From IMG/VR virus record IMGVR_UViG_3300030102_007626, positions 1 through 64,000 of that record: DNA of 64,000 nucleotides. One strand, 5' to 3'. Shown here piece after piece: positions 49,183-57,946 of this stretch. Both the position numbers and the translations under genes were made by a program. The stretch is from a virus. Numbering within the stretch: position 1 is the stretch's first letter; each line of letters begins with the position of its first letter. Under the pieces are notes generated by a model. It did not search any database. It was not told where the DNA came from and was given only the letters and a program-made list of their open reading frames with translations.

Positions 49183-49977
49183 ATGAAAAAAGTAAAAATA
49201 TCTCACGAAGTACCATTTTGTTTATTAAGTAAAAGTCTTGAATTTAATGACTATGATTATTGTTTACCTCATTTATTAGATCAAAATGAAGAGTATAGAA
49301 CGTTTTTTTATAATGTTAAAAGTATAGATAGATATGTTGTAATGGATAATTCACTACATGAATTAGGGGAAGCATACAATACAGAACGTTTAATGTATTG
49401 GATTAAAGAAATTAAACCTAATGAATTTATAGTACCTGATGTTTGGGAAAATTATAGTGAATCAGTTAGAAATGCTAAAATATGGTCTCAAATTGAATTA
49501 CCTGAAGGAGTAACTAAAGTTGCAGTAGTACAAGCTAAAACAAAACACTATGCAGCATTATGTACTCAAGTGTATAAAGATTTAGGATATAAAAAAATAG
49601 CATATTCATACGGTGCTTCATATTATAATGATGTTTGTCCTCACCCAAATAAAGATTTTGGTAAAGCAATTGGTAGATATATGGTTATAAATGATTTAAT
49701 GAAAGATAGAATATTATCTCCAACAGATAGAGTACATCTATTAGGTACTGCTTCTCCCATTGAATTTGGATTATATAAAGATATGGAATGTATTGAATCA
49801 ATAGATACATCAAACCCAGTAATGGCTGGTATTGAACAAAAAATGTATTTTGATTTAGGTTTACCTCATAAACCAGAGGCAAATATGAATAATTTTCAAG
49901 ATATAGAAGAAAAAGATGCTAATTTAGAGTTTATAGAGTATAATGTTAAAAAGTTTCGTGAAATAAATGGATTATAG
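49183..49977 (+). CDS. dpdA: TGT-fold DNA deazaguanine transglycosylase candidate (DpdA-like)
   Basis: MDNS, VPDV, VVQ, HLLG and SIDTS motifs in TGT/DpdA order; upstream of queC-queD-queE-folE2. Confidence 0.68.
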   Translation: MKKVKISHEVPFCLLSKSLEFNDYDYCLPHLLDQNEEYRTFFYNVKSIDRYVVMDNSLHELGEAYNTERLMYWIKEIKPNEFIVPDVWENYSESVRNAKIWSQIELPEGVTKVAVVQAKTKHYAALCTQVYKDLGYKKIAYSYGASYYNDVCPHPNKDFGKAIGRYMVINDLMKDRILSPTDRVHLLGTASPIEFGLYKDMECIESIDTSNPVMAGIEQKMYFDLGLPHKPEANMNNFQDIEEKDANLEFIEYNVKKFREINGL

Positions 49978-50024
49978 CTTGGAGATTATAAGTTTTTTTC
50001 TTATATTATCACAAATTAAAGGTT

Positions 50025-50528
50025 ATGTTATACAATACGTCTGATGAAAAAACTGTAAGGCAAAAAATTAAACAGTTACAACCCTTAAATTATAATCAAT
50101 TCTTTTGGTGGAGACGATATACAACAAAAACACCACCATTACCAAAAAAATCAACATTTTTAGATCGTATTAAAAACGGTGAATATGAATTTTCACATTA
50201 TTACTGGCAGTGGAAATTAACTGAGATAGAACTTAATGAAATATTTAAATCTTATGGTAATGATCATCAAAGATTAGTTGAATCAAACCAAGTTGATTTA
50301 GCTCGTAGAAAACGATTAATTGAGGATTTTGAAAAAGATGAAACTGCTAAATTAGAAGCACTACAAAAAGGTTTTTTACGAGAATTTGTTATGACAAAAG
50401 ATGAGTATGAAGAGCATATTATGAATTTTGATGGTACAACAGAAGAATTTTATATGTATTGTTTAAAAACATTTGATCGCTCTGGTAGATCAATAGAAAG
50501 AAGAGGTAGACCCCCAAAACAAAAATGA
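50025..50528 (+). CDS. Hypothetical protein
   Basis: ORF with host-type promoter at 49979-50007; YNQFFWWRR motif. Confidence 0.7.
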   Translation: MLYNTSDEKTVRQKIKQLQPLNYNQFFWWRRYTTKTPPLPKKSTFLDRIKNGEYEFSHYYWQWKLTEIELNEIFKSYGNDHQRLVESNQVDLARRKRLIEDFEKDETAKLEALQKGFLREFVMTKDEYEEHIMNFDGTTEEFYMYCLKTFDRSGRSIERRGRPPKQK

Positions 50529-50824
50529 AAGATAAAATAACTGAACATATAGAAGATTTACCAAGAGAAATTAGTAAAATAAATGTTGATTCTCTTATAG
50601 ATAACTTAACTAACCTCAAAAAGAAATATGAGAAAAAGGGTTATAGAAATATGGAGGTGTCCATACGAGAAGATTTAGGTATTCTTGATATGTCCTTATT
50701 TGGTGATAGAGATTTAACTGAAAAAGAAAAATATGAAGATGAACGAATTAGCGTTATCTTTAGAACCAAAAGTAAAACCTCTAAAGGTGAAACTAGAGAT
50801 GATTTATTAAACCTAAACAAATAA
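50525..50824 (+). CDS. Hypothetical protein
   Basis: ATGA-coupled to the upstream ORF. Confidence 0.65.
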   Translation: MKDKITEHIEDLPREISKINVDSLIDNLTNLKKKYEKKGYRNMEVSIREDLGILDMSLFGDRDLTEKEKYEDERISVIFRTKSKTSKGETRDDLLNLNK

Positions 50825-50825
50825 G

Positions 50826-50918
50826 ATGAGTAAAGAAGAAAATACAGGTTGTTTTGAAGCATGGTTAGGAATCGTAATCTTTTCCATAGTAATGATATTA
50901 TTAATGATGATAGAATGA
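50826..50918 (+). CDS. Small 30-aa membrane peptide (MSKEENTGCFEAWLGIVIFSIVMILLMMIE)
   Basis: Starts 1 nt after the upstream stop and ATGA-overlaps the next gene; hydrophobic. Confidence 0.55.
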   Translation: MSKEENTGCFEAWLGIVIFSIVMILLMMIE

Positions 50919-51100
50919 CTGAAAAAGACTTAAATAAAAAAATTGAATTTGAAAAATTCCGTGAAGAATGGAAAGAAAATTGGTATGATTATTATCGTTT
51001 ATTAGACATAGATTTTGAAGCATTTATGTTAATGAAAGGACTAACAATAGAAGAATTTAAACATTTAAATAACGAAGAATTATGGAAAAACATGTTGTAG
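50915..51100 (+). CDS. Hypothetical protein (MTEKDLNKK...)
   Basis: Start moved from 50861 to the ATGA-coupled ATG at 50915. Confidence 0.6.
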   Translation: MTEKDLNKKIEFEKFREEWKENWYDYYRLLDIDFEAFMLMKGLTIEEFKHLNNEELWKNML

Positions 51101-51984
51101 TTTCACTATCTGGAGGGATGGACTCCAGTACATTATTATTACGTTGTCTAAAAGAATATGACACGGTAACAGCTATTTCATTTGATTATGGACAAAAACA
51201 TAGAGTTGAACTAGAACGCGCTCAATCATTAGTAGATTATATTAATAATCTTGAAAATAAAGCAGCAGAAGACGGGCAAAAAGCCCCATATTATCCTGTT
51301 AACTATAGAGTAATTAAATTAGATGGTTTAGTAGATTTACTTGATTCTGCTTTAGTAGATGGGGGAGATGAAGTACCTGAAGGTCATTATGCTGAAGATA
51401 ATATGAAAGCAACAGTTGTTCCAAATAGAAATAAAATATTTGCTTCTATTACACAAGCAGTAGCCCTATCTAGGGCAAACCAAACAGGTGAAGGTTGTGA
51501 TATTGCACTTGGTATTCATGCAGGTGATCATGCTATTTACCCTGATTGTAGACAAGAATTTAGAGACGCAGATGATGCTGCTTTTAGAATAGGTAATTGG
51601 AATGCTGATAAAGTAGGTTATTTTACACCTTATCTTGAAGGTGATAAATTTACTATCTTACAAGATGGGGAAAAATTATGTGATTATTTAGGTTTAGATT
51701 TTGATGAAGTTTATAAACGAACAAATACAAGCTATAAACCTATTAAACATTATGATAAAACAGGACCTGTAGCATGGGAAACACACAACCCTACAAGATG
51801 GAAATGGTACTCAGATTATAAATCAGCTTCATCAGTAGAGAGAGTAGAAGCATTTATTAAATTAGGAAGACCTGATCCTGTAGCATACGCAGATGAAACA
51901 GGACCTGTAGAATGGGAAACAGCAAGAATATATGTTGAACAAGTACTCTCAGAGTATGAAAAAGAACAATTTAACGTAAAATAA
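51082..51984 (+). CDS. queC: 7-cyano-7-deazaguanine synthase
   Basis: SGGMDS, FDYGQKH..E, VPNRN, YPDCR; C-terminal Zn cysteines absent. Confidence 0.92.
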   Translation: MEKHVVVSLSGGMDSSTLLLRCLKEYDTVTAISFDYGQKHRVELERAQSLVDYINNLENKAAEDGQKAPYYPVNYRVIKLDGLVDLLDSALVDGGDEVPEGHYAEDNMKATVVPNRNKIFASITQAVALSRANQTGEGCDIALGIHAGDHAIYPDCRQEFRDADDAAFRIGNWNADKVGYFTPYLEGDKFTILQDGEKLCDYLGLDFDEVYKRTNTSYKPIKHYDKTGPVAWETHNPTRWKWYSDYKSASSVERVEAFIKLGRPDPVAYADETGPVEWETARIYVEQVLSEYEKEQFNVK

Positions 51985-52445
51985 TGAAACATCAATCAAC
52001 TAAAATATTTGACGGATTCAGTACAGTATTTCGTCAATGGAGAGCAAAAGAAACACATTGTAGTTATTTACATGGATATGGAGTATCATTTAAAGTAACA
52101 TTTGAAGGTCAACTTGATCATAGGAATTGGGTTTGGGATTTTGGTGGTATGAAAAGAGCTAAAACCCAAATAGATGGTATGTCCCCAAAAGCTTGGATGG
52201 ATTACATGTTTGATCATACTTTAATTGCTGCAAATGATGACCCAGAACTAGATTCATTTAGAATGATGGATGCACAAGGAATAATCCAATTAAGAGTAGT
52301 AGATGATACTGGTGCAGAAAAATTTGCTGAGTATATTTATAATAAGTTAAATAGTTTTGTTGAAGAAGAAACAGATGGTAGAGTAAGAGTCACCCAAGTT
52401 GAATTTATGGAACATGGAAAAAACACAGCGATTTATGGAGAATAA
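51984..52445 (+). CDS. queD: 6-carboxytetrahydropterin synthase
   Basis: HCSYLHGY, WVWDFG, FDH, AE; que cluster context. Confidence 0.88.
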   Translation: MKHQSTKIFDGFSTVFRQWRAKETHCSYLHGYGVSFKVTFEGQLDHRNWVWDFGGMKRAKTQIDGMSPKAWMDYMFDHTLIAANDDPELDSFRMMDAQGIIQLRVVDDTGAEKFAEYIYNKLNSFVEEETDGRVRVTQVEFMEHGKNTAIYGE

Positions 52446-52506
52446 TTACTGGTATGTGACTACAACTTATAGCAATTTTAAATTTAAATACATTTTAGTA
52501 AAATAA
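52435..52506 (+). CDS. Small 23-aa ORF between queD and queE
   Basis: MENNYWYVTTTYSNFKFKYILVK; overlaps the queD end and stops 1 nt before the queE ATG. Confidence 0.4.
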   Translation: MENNYWYVTTTYSNFKFKYILVK

Positions 52507-52507
52507 T

Positions 52508-53293
52508 ATGGAAAGACCTTTAGGAAGAATAAAAGATTATGATAAAAGATTACCTGTACTAGAACTATACAGGTGTGTTCAATCTGAAGGGAGTAGATTT
52601 GGTAGACCAACTATAGCAGTTAGAACAACTGGATGTACACATAGGTGCTATTTTGGAGAAGAAGGAGGATGGTGTGATAGTTGGTATACTAGTATACATC
52701 CAGAAAAAGGAACATTTAATTTTAATGATATTATCAAAATATATGATGAAAATCCTCATGTAAAAGAGATGATGTTAACAGGTGGTTCACCCACAATGCA
52801 TCCTAAGTTAGTAAATGAATTAACTCATTTTGCAAATCAAAGAGACATTCTTATTACTATTGAAACTGAAGGTTCTCATTTTCTTAAAACAGATTTCCCT
52901 CTAAATCTTATTTCTTTATCTCCTAAATTTTCTAATTCTGTCCCTAAATTAGGTGCTCTAACACCTAATGGAAAAGAAACAGATGAAAGAATGATTAAAC
53001 AACATAATAAATTAAGATTAAATTATAGTGCTATTAGAAAAACATTAGATTACCATACTGATTATCATTATAAACCAGTTTGGGATGGTACTGATGAATG
53101 TTTAAAAGAAATAGAAGATTTTAGAATTAAAATGGAAATCCCTAAGCATAAAACATTTATAATGCCTGCGGGTGATACAAGAAAAGAATTAATTAAAATG
53201 TATCCTTTAGTATTTGATTTATGTGCTGAACATGGTTATAACTTAACAGGTAGGGATCATATAATAGCATTTGACACAGAACGAGGAGTATAA
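52508..53293 (+). CDS. queE: 7-carboxy-7-deazaguanine synthase (radical SAM)
   Basis: QSEG..G.P...RTTGC, CX3CX8C, LTGGSP, IETEG, SLSPK. Confidence 0.9.
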   Translation: MERPLGRIKDYDKRLPVLELYRCVQSEGSRFGRPTIAVRTTGCTHRCYFGEEGGWCDSWYTSIHPEKGTFNFNDIIKIYDENPHVKEMMLTGGSPTMHPKLVNELTHFANQRDILITIETEGSHFLKTDFPLNLISLSPKFSNSVPKLGALTPNGKETDERMIKQHNKLRLNYSAIRKTLDYHTDYHYKPVWDGTDECLKEIEDFRIKMEIPKHKTFIMPAGDTRKELIKMYPLVFDLCAEHGYNLTGRDHIIAFDTERGV

Positions 53294-53349
53294 AGATATA
53301 TTTGGATATTATTAAAAAATTTTTTATATTAACATAAATAAGTTATTAA

Positions 53350-54390
53350 ATGAGCGAAAAAAATACAATCGAAAAAAAATTTGTTAAAAAATATGAATGG
53401 GTAGGTGATGTTAAATCATATAAAGAACCCGAAGACAACGAACATTCATTAAAATATAATGAACCTAATAGAGAATATGATAAAAATTATTTTCCTACAA
53501 AAAAAGATATTGAAACATTTCCCGATTTACAAAATGGACCCTCTTCACTTATTCAAGGTTCACCTGTAGAAATTCAACAAGTAGGAATTCATAACTTTAG
53601 ATTACCTTTAAGATATAAAACACGAGATAATGGTGATATAGAATTAGAAACTAAAGTAACAGGAACAGTATCACTTGAAGCACATAAAAAAGGTATTAAT
53701 ATGTCTCGTATTATGAGATCATTTTATGAATTTAAAAATGATACTTTTAGTATTGATAAGTTAGAAACAGTTTTATCTGCTTACCAAGATAAATTAAAAG
53801 CATTTGATTCTAAAATAGCACTTAAATTTTCATATCCTATTATTCAAAAATCATTAAGATCAGATAATGCTGGGTACCAATATTATGATGTTACTTTAGA
53901 GGGTGATTTAAATAAACAAGGTGAATTAAGAAAAATTATTCATTTTGATTTTGTATACTCTTCAGCTTGTCCTTGTTCTTATGAATTAGCTGAATATGCT
54001 AGAAAATATAGAAATAAAGCAACAGTATCTCATTCACAAAGATCTGTAACTAGAATATCAATTGAATTTGATGATATGGTTTGGATAGAAGAATTACAAG
54101 AAATGTGTGCTAAAGCATTACAAACTGAAACACAAGTAGTAGTAAAAAGAGAAGATGAAATGGCATTTGCTGAATTAAATGGGTCATATTTAAAGTTTGT
54201 AGAAGATGCTGCTAGATTATTATATAAACAATTAATTGATGATAAAAGAATAAAAGATTTTAGAATTATATGTTCTCACCAAGAATCCCTCCATTCACAT
54301 GATGCTATTTCAGTTATGCTAGCTCCTGATAGTAATTTTAGTGGAGATATTCCCCATGAACTGTGGTCAAGTTTAATACATATTTCTTAA
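53350..54390 (+). CDS. folE2: GTP cyclohydrolase IB
   Basis: KKGINMSR, SACPCS, HSQRS, VKREDE, FVEDAAR, ESLHSHDA. Confidence 0.92.
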   Translation: MSEKNTIEKKFVKKYEWVGDVKSYKEPEDNEHSLKYNEPNREYDKNYFPTKKDIETFPDLQNGPSSLIQGSPVEIQQVGIHNFRLPLRYKTRDNGDIELETKVTGTVSLEAHKKGINMSRIMRSFYEFKNDTFSIDKLETVLSAYQDKLKAFDSKIALKFSYPIIQKSLRSDNAGYQYYDVTLEGDLNKQGELRKIIHFDFVYSSACPCSYELAEYARKYRNKATVSHSQRSVTRISIEFDDMVWIEELQEMCAKALQTETQVVVKREDEMAFAELNGSYLKFVEDAARLLYKQLIDDKRIKDFRIICSHQESLHSHDAISVMLAPDSNFSGDIPHELWSSLIHIS

Positions 54391-54402
54391 ATTATATAAA
54401 TT

Positions 54403-54954
54403 ATGCAAAAACAAAAACAAAAACCAGAATTATCATTACAAGAAAAGTCTGATCAAATAACACAACAAGAATTAGAAAAAAAAGAAAAATATGTTCCATT
54501 TGTAAGTGAAGTTGAAGAATTTAACGCAACAATGGGTAAACCTAATAATTATGAACCAAAAATCCCTGAAAAAAAGGAGTGGCAGTTTGTATATGACTTC
54601 ATCCTTGAAGAGCTCGAAGAATATAAAGAAGCCTGTGAAACCGGAAATATTACTGAAGTTCTTGATGCTTTATGTGACATTGCCTATGTTTCGTTGGGCA
54701 ACGGCACTATGTTACATGGTCTTAAGGATCAAATATGGCCCGCGTATCAAGAAGTACAAGCAAGTAATATGTCAAAAGCTTGTATTAACGAAGAAGAGGC
54801 ACAAGAGACCGTTAGGGTACGTTCTGAAGAGCAAAAGGAACCATGTCACTATGAAAAGGTTGGAGACTATTATATCGTCTATAGAACACGTGATAAAAAA
54901 GTAATGAAAAATATAAATTATTTTAGACCAAATCTAAAACAATTTTTAAAGTAA
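54403..54954 (+). CDS. MazG-like/all-alpha nucleoside triphosphate pyrophosphohydrolase
   Basis: EELEEY, EVLDALCDIAYV, EVQASNMSK, KVMK..YF.P. Confidence 0.8.
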   Translation: MQKQKQKPELSLQEKSDQITQQELEKKEKYVPFVSEVEEFNATMGKPNNYEPKIPEKKEWQFVYDFILEELEEYKEACETGNITEVLDALCDIAYVSLGNGTMLHGLKDQIWPAYQEVQASNMSKACINEEEAQETVRVRSEEQKEPCHYEKVGDYYIVYRTRDKKVMKNINYFRPNLKQFLK

Positions 54955-56718
54955 ATGTATAAGAAGTGTTTTGCCGAATATAAAAGTTATAATAAATACT
55001 TGATCCACTTATGGACTGATGAGGGCTATTCAACCACAGAATGGTCCTCTCCTGCTTATATTGAATGTGATGAAAGTGAAGCGGAGTATAAAGGTCTAAA
55101 TAATGAACCATTAAAAAAGATATATAAATGGAAAAGAGATATGGATGGTCTTCATTTTCATGATATGTCACCTTATCAAAATTTTTTAATTGATAAGTAT
55201 GGAACTAATGATGAACCATCAACTACTCATAAGGAAATATTTTTTGATATAGAAATTGAAATGGGAGATGCTTTAACTCCTGAATATATCCAATCTGCAC
55301 CTAAAAAAGTTACTTCAATTGCTTGGTATTTTAAACAAGAAGATGAATGGAAAATTATAATACTAGATCCTAAACAACAAATTCAACCAACAGTAAATGG
55401 GAATAAAGAAATAATTCCTGTTTACAATGAAGAAGTATTATTATCTAAATTTCTTACTTATATGAGAGAATTAGACCCAGATATTCTTATAGGTTATAAT
55501 AGTGATTATTTTGATATTCCTTATTTATACTATAGAATTAAAAAGGTATTAGGTGAGGAAATGGTAGAGTATTTATCTCCAATCCAACAAGTTAAAGAAA
55601 AACGTAGTTTTAGAACAGGTGAAATTTATGATTCTAAACAACCTATAGAGATAGCAGGTGTTGAATCACTTGATTATATGCGTTTACATAAAAAATATAG
55701 TTGGGAAGATGAACCAAGTTGGAAGTTAGATGCATTAGGTGAAAAATATGCTGATTTAAATAAAATAGAATATAATGGTTCTTTAGATAGATTATTTGAA
55801 GAAGATATTGAAACATTTATAGAATATAACTTTCGTGATGTTGAAATTTTAGTTGAATTAGATAAAAAATTAGAATATTTAGCACTAACCAAAAACCTAT
55901 CCCATAAAGGCAAACATAACTATGGAGAAGTATACCATAATACAGTTACACAAGATGGTGCTATTTCAGCTTATTTATTATCTGAAGGTATAGTTCCACC
56001 ACCTAAGGAAAAACACCAAGAAAAGAAAAAGGGATATGCAGGTGGTTATTTATTTTGTCCTAAAGCAGGTATTTACAAATATATGTTTGATGAAGATTTA
56101 ACTTCATTATATCCTTGTATTATTATGTCTTTAAATATAGGTAAAGAAACAATGGTGGGTAGAATTATAAGTGATACTTTACCTGAAAATTTAAGATATA
56201 GACCTTATATGAATGCTGAAACAGGTTTACCTATACCTTCTAGAAATAACTATTTAGGTTTAAATGATTTAAAGAAAAAAAACCCACAAGAAAAACTTAC
56301 AATTGAAAATGCTAAAGGTAAACGTACTCAAATTGAAGTAGATGCCTTAATTAATTTAATTGAGGATATGAAAATGGCTGTATCTGCAAATGGTACATTT
56401 TTTAGAACAGACAAACAATCAGTATTATCAATTATCTTAGATAAATGGTTTAATGAAAGAGTAAAGTACAAAAATCAAATGAAAAAAGCATATAAAGCAG
56501 GTAATGCTGAATTAGGTGCTTCGTTTCATTTAAAGCAATATACAATGAAAATTTTGCTAAACAGTTTGTATGGTGCAACTGCTTTACCTTCATTTAGATA
56601 CGCAATGAATAAAGCAATATTAAGTGAAGCAATTACCTTAAGTGGTTGGAGAATTATCCAAGAATCAGCTTTAGCAGCAAATAGACATATTAATAAACTA
56701 ATGAAAACAGAAGTATAA
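54955..56718 (+). CDS. Family B DNA polymerase, N-terminal subunit (3'-5' exonuclease, motifs A and B)
   Basis: FDIE, GYNS..FD.PY, YN..DV, DLTSLYP, KILLNSLYG; lacks motif C. Confidence 0.9.
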   Translation: MYKKCFAEYKSYNKYLIHLWTDEGYSTTEWSSPAYIECDESEAEYKGLNNEPLKKIYKWKRDMDGLHFHDMSPYQNFLIDKYGTNDEPSTTHKEIFFDIEIEMGDALTPEYIQSAPKKVTSIAWYFKQEDEWKIIILDPKQQIQPTVNGNKEIIPVYNEEVLLSKFLTYMRELDPDILIGYNSDYFDIPYLYYRIKKVLGEEMVEYLSPIQQVKEKRSFRTGEIYDSKQPIEIAGVESLDYMRLHKKYSWEDEPSWKLDALGEKYADLNKIEYNGSLDRLFEEDIETFIEYNFRDVEILVELDKKLEYLALTKNLSHKGKHNYGEVYHNTVTQDGAISAYLLSEGIVPPPKEKHQEKKKGYAGGYLFCPKAGIYKYMFDEDLTSLYPCIIMSLNIGKETMVGRIISDTLPENLRYRPYMNAETGLPIPSRNNYLGLNDLKKKNPQEKLTIENAKGKRTQIEVDALINLIEDMKMAVSANGTFFRTDKQSVLSIILDKWFNERVKYKNQMKKAYKAGNAELGASFHLKQYTMKILLNSLYGATALPSFRYAMNKAILSEAITLSGWRIIQESALAANRHINKLMKTEV

Positions 56719-56981
56719 TGGCACTTTCACCACAATCAATTAGAAAAAATGTTCAAGTTAAATTTGATGATGTTATAGTAGATAAACAAACTATAATTGA
56801 AAGAAGTGAATCTTGGACAGAAAAACAAGAAATATTATTTAAAAAATTCCTTAAACAAGGAGGTAAATGTAAAATACAAGGTGTTAAGATAGAAGTAGTT
56901 CCACCTCATGAAGTACTTACCTCAAAAGGAGAAAAACCAAGTGGTAAAATGGTAGCACCTGGAATTGACCAAAGATTTTAA
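56718..56981 (+). CDS. Hypothetical 87-aa protein between the two PolB halves
   Basis: TAATG-coupled to PolB-N; stop 1 nt before the PolB-C ATG. Confidence 0.7.
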   Translation: MALSPQSIRKNVQVKFDDVIVDKQTIIERSESWTEKQEILFKKFLKQGGKCKIQGVKIEVVPPHEVLTSKGEKPSGKMVAPGIDQRF

Positions 56982-56982
56982 A

Positions 56983-57915
56983 ATGAAGCATATAGAAGAC
57001 GTACCATGGATGATTTGTGATGAAGGTGATGTAAACTACTGTGCTTATGTAGACACAGATAGTAATTATTTTCATGCTGAACCTATACTAAAACACTTCT
57101 ATCCTGATTTTGATAAAATGTCTGATGAAGATAAGGATGAAAAACTTGAAAAAGTAGCCCTTAAATATCAAGATATTATTACAGATTCTTATAACACATT
57201 GGCTAAAGAATGTTTTAATGTTCCTACTCATAGACTTGAAATGAAAACTGAATGTGTAATTAGATCAGCCTATTTTAGAAAAACTAGAAGATATGCTCAA
57301 TGGATTACTAAACAAGAAGGTATAGTAAAAGAGTCACTTGATATAAAAGGCCTTGAATTTAAAAAGGCAAATTTTCCACCTGTATTAGGTAAATTTTTTA
57401 AAGACATTTTAATTAATGTTTTGAAAGGTTCTACACAAACTGACATAGATCAAAAAGTTAAAGAATTTAAAAAACAAATATTAAATGGAGAAATACCTTT
57501 AGTTAAATTAGGTAACCCAACAGGAGTAAAAACATTAAACAAATATATGGGGCGTAAACCCAAAGCAGGTGAAATGTTTACTCAAATGACTAAAGGTGCT
57601 CCTGTAAGTGCTAAAGCAGCTGCTGTGTATAATGATTTAATTAGGTTTTGGAGATTAAATACTAAACATTCTTATATAGCACAAGGTGATAAAATTAAAT
57701 ATATCTATTTAAAACCAAACCCATACCAGATAGATACATTAGGGTTTTTAGATTTTGATTTACCATCTAAAATAGAAGAGTTTATGGAAAAATATGCTGA
57801 TAGACAAAAGATATTTGATGCTATATTACTTAATAAATTAGAAGGTTTTTATGACGATTTAGGTTGGTCATTAAATTTAAACCCATATAAAGACAAGTTT
57901 TTTAATTTTAGTTAG
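56983..57915 (+). CDS. Family B DNA polymerase, C-terminal subunit (motif C, thumb)
   Basis: YVDTDS, RRYA, KGLE, GDKIKYIYL; ATG at 56983. Confidence 0.9.
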   Translation: MKHIEDVPWMICDEGDVNYCAYVDTDSNYFHAEPILKHFYPDFDKMSDEDKDEKLEKVALKYQDIITDSYNTLAKECFNVPTHRLEMKTECVIRSAYFRKTRRYAQWITKQEGIVKESLDIKGLEFKKANFPPVLGKFFKDILINVLKGSTQTDIDQKVKEFKKQILNGEIPLVKLGNPTGVKTLNKYMGRKPKAGEMFTQMTKGAPVSAKAAAVYNDLIRFWRLNTKHSYIAQGDKIKYIYLKPNPYQIDTLGFLDFDLPSKIEEFMEKYADRQKIFDAILLNKLEGFYDDLGWSLNLNPYKDKFFNFS

Positions 57916-57946
57916 GTTATTTAATAAAAAGTTATTATATTTAAAT

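Noticed and set aside
51754-51921. Diversity-generating retroelement TR/VR pair
   Set aside because: Only 30 nt, mismatches not polarised to adenines of one copy, and no reverse transcriptase in the window.
54506-54904. 132-aa alternative-frame ORF inside the MazG-like gene
   Set aside because: Fully nested with a non-ATG start and no motif; explained by a locally less AT-rich sequence.
56718-56982. Group I intron or intein interrupting polB
   Set aside because: The gap is entirely filled by a coupled ORF; no HNH, GIY-YIG or LAGLIDADG motif or intein termini, and PolB-C has its own ATG.
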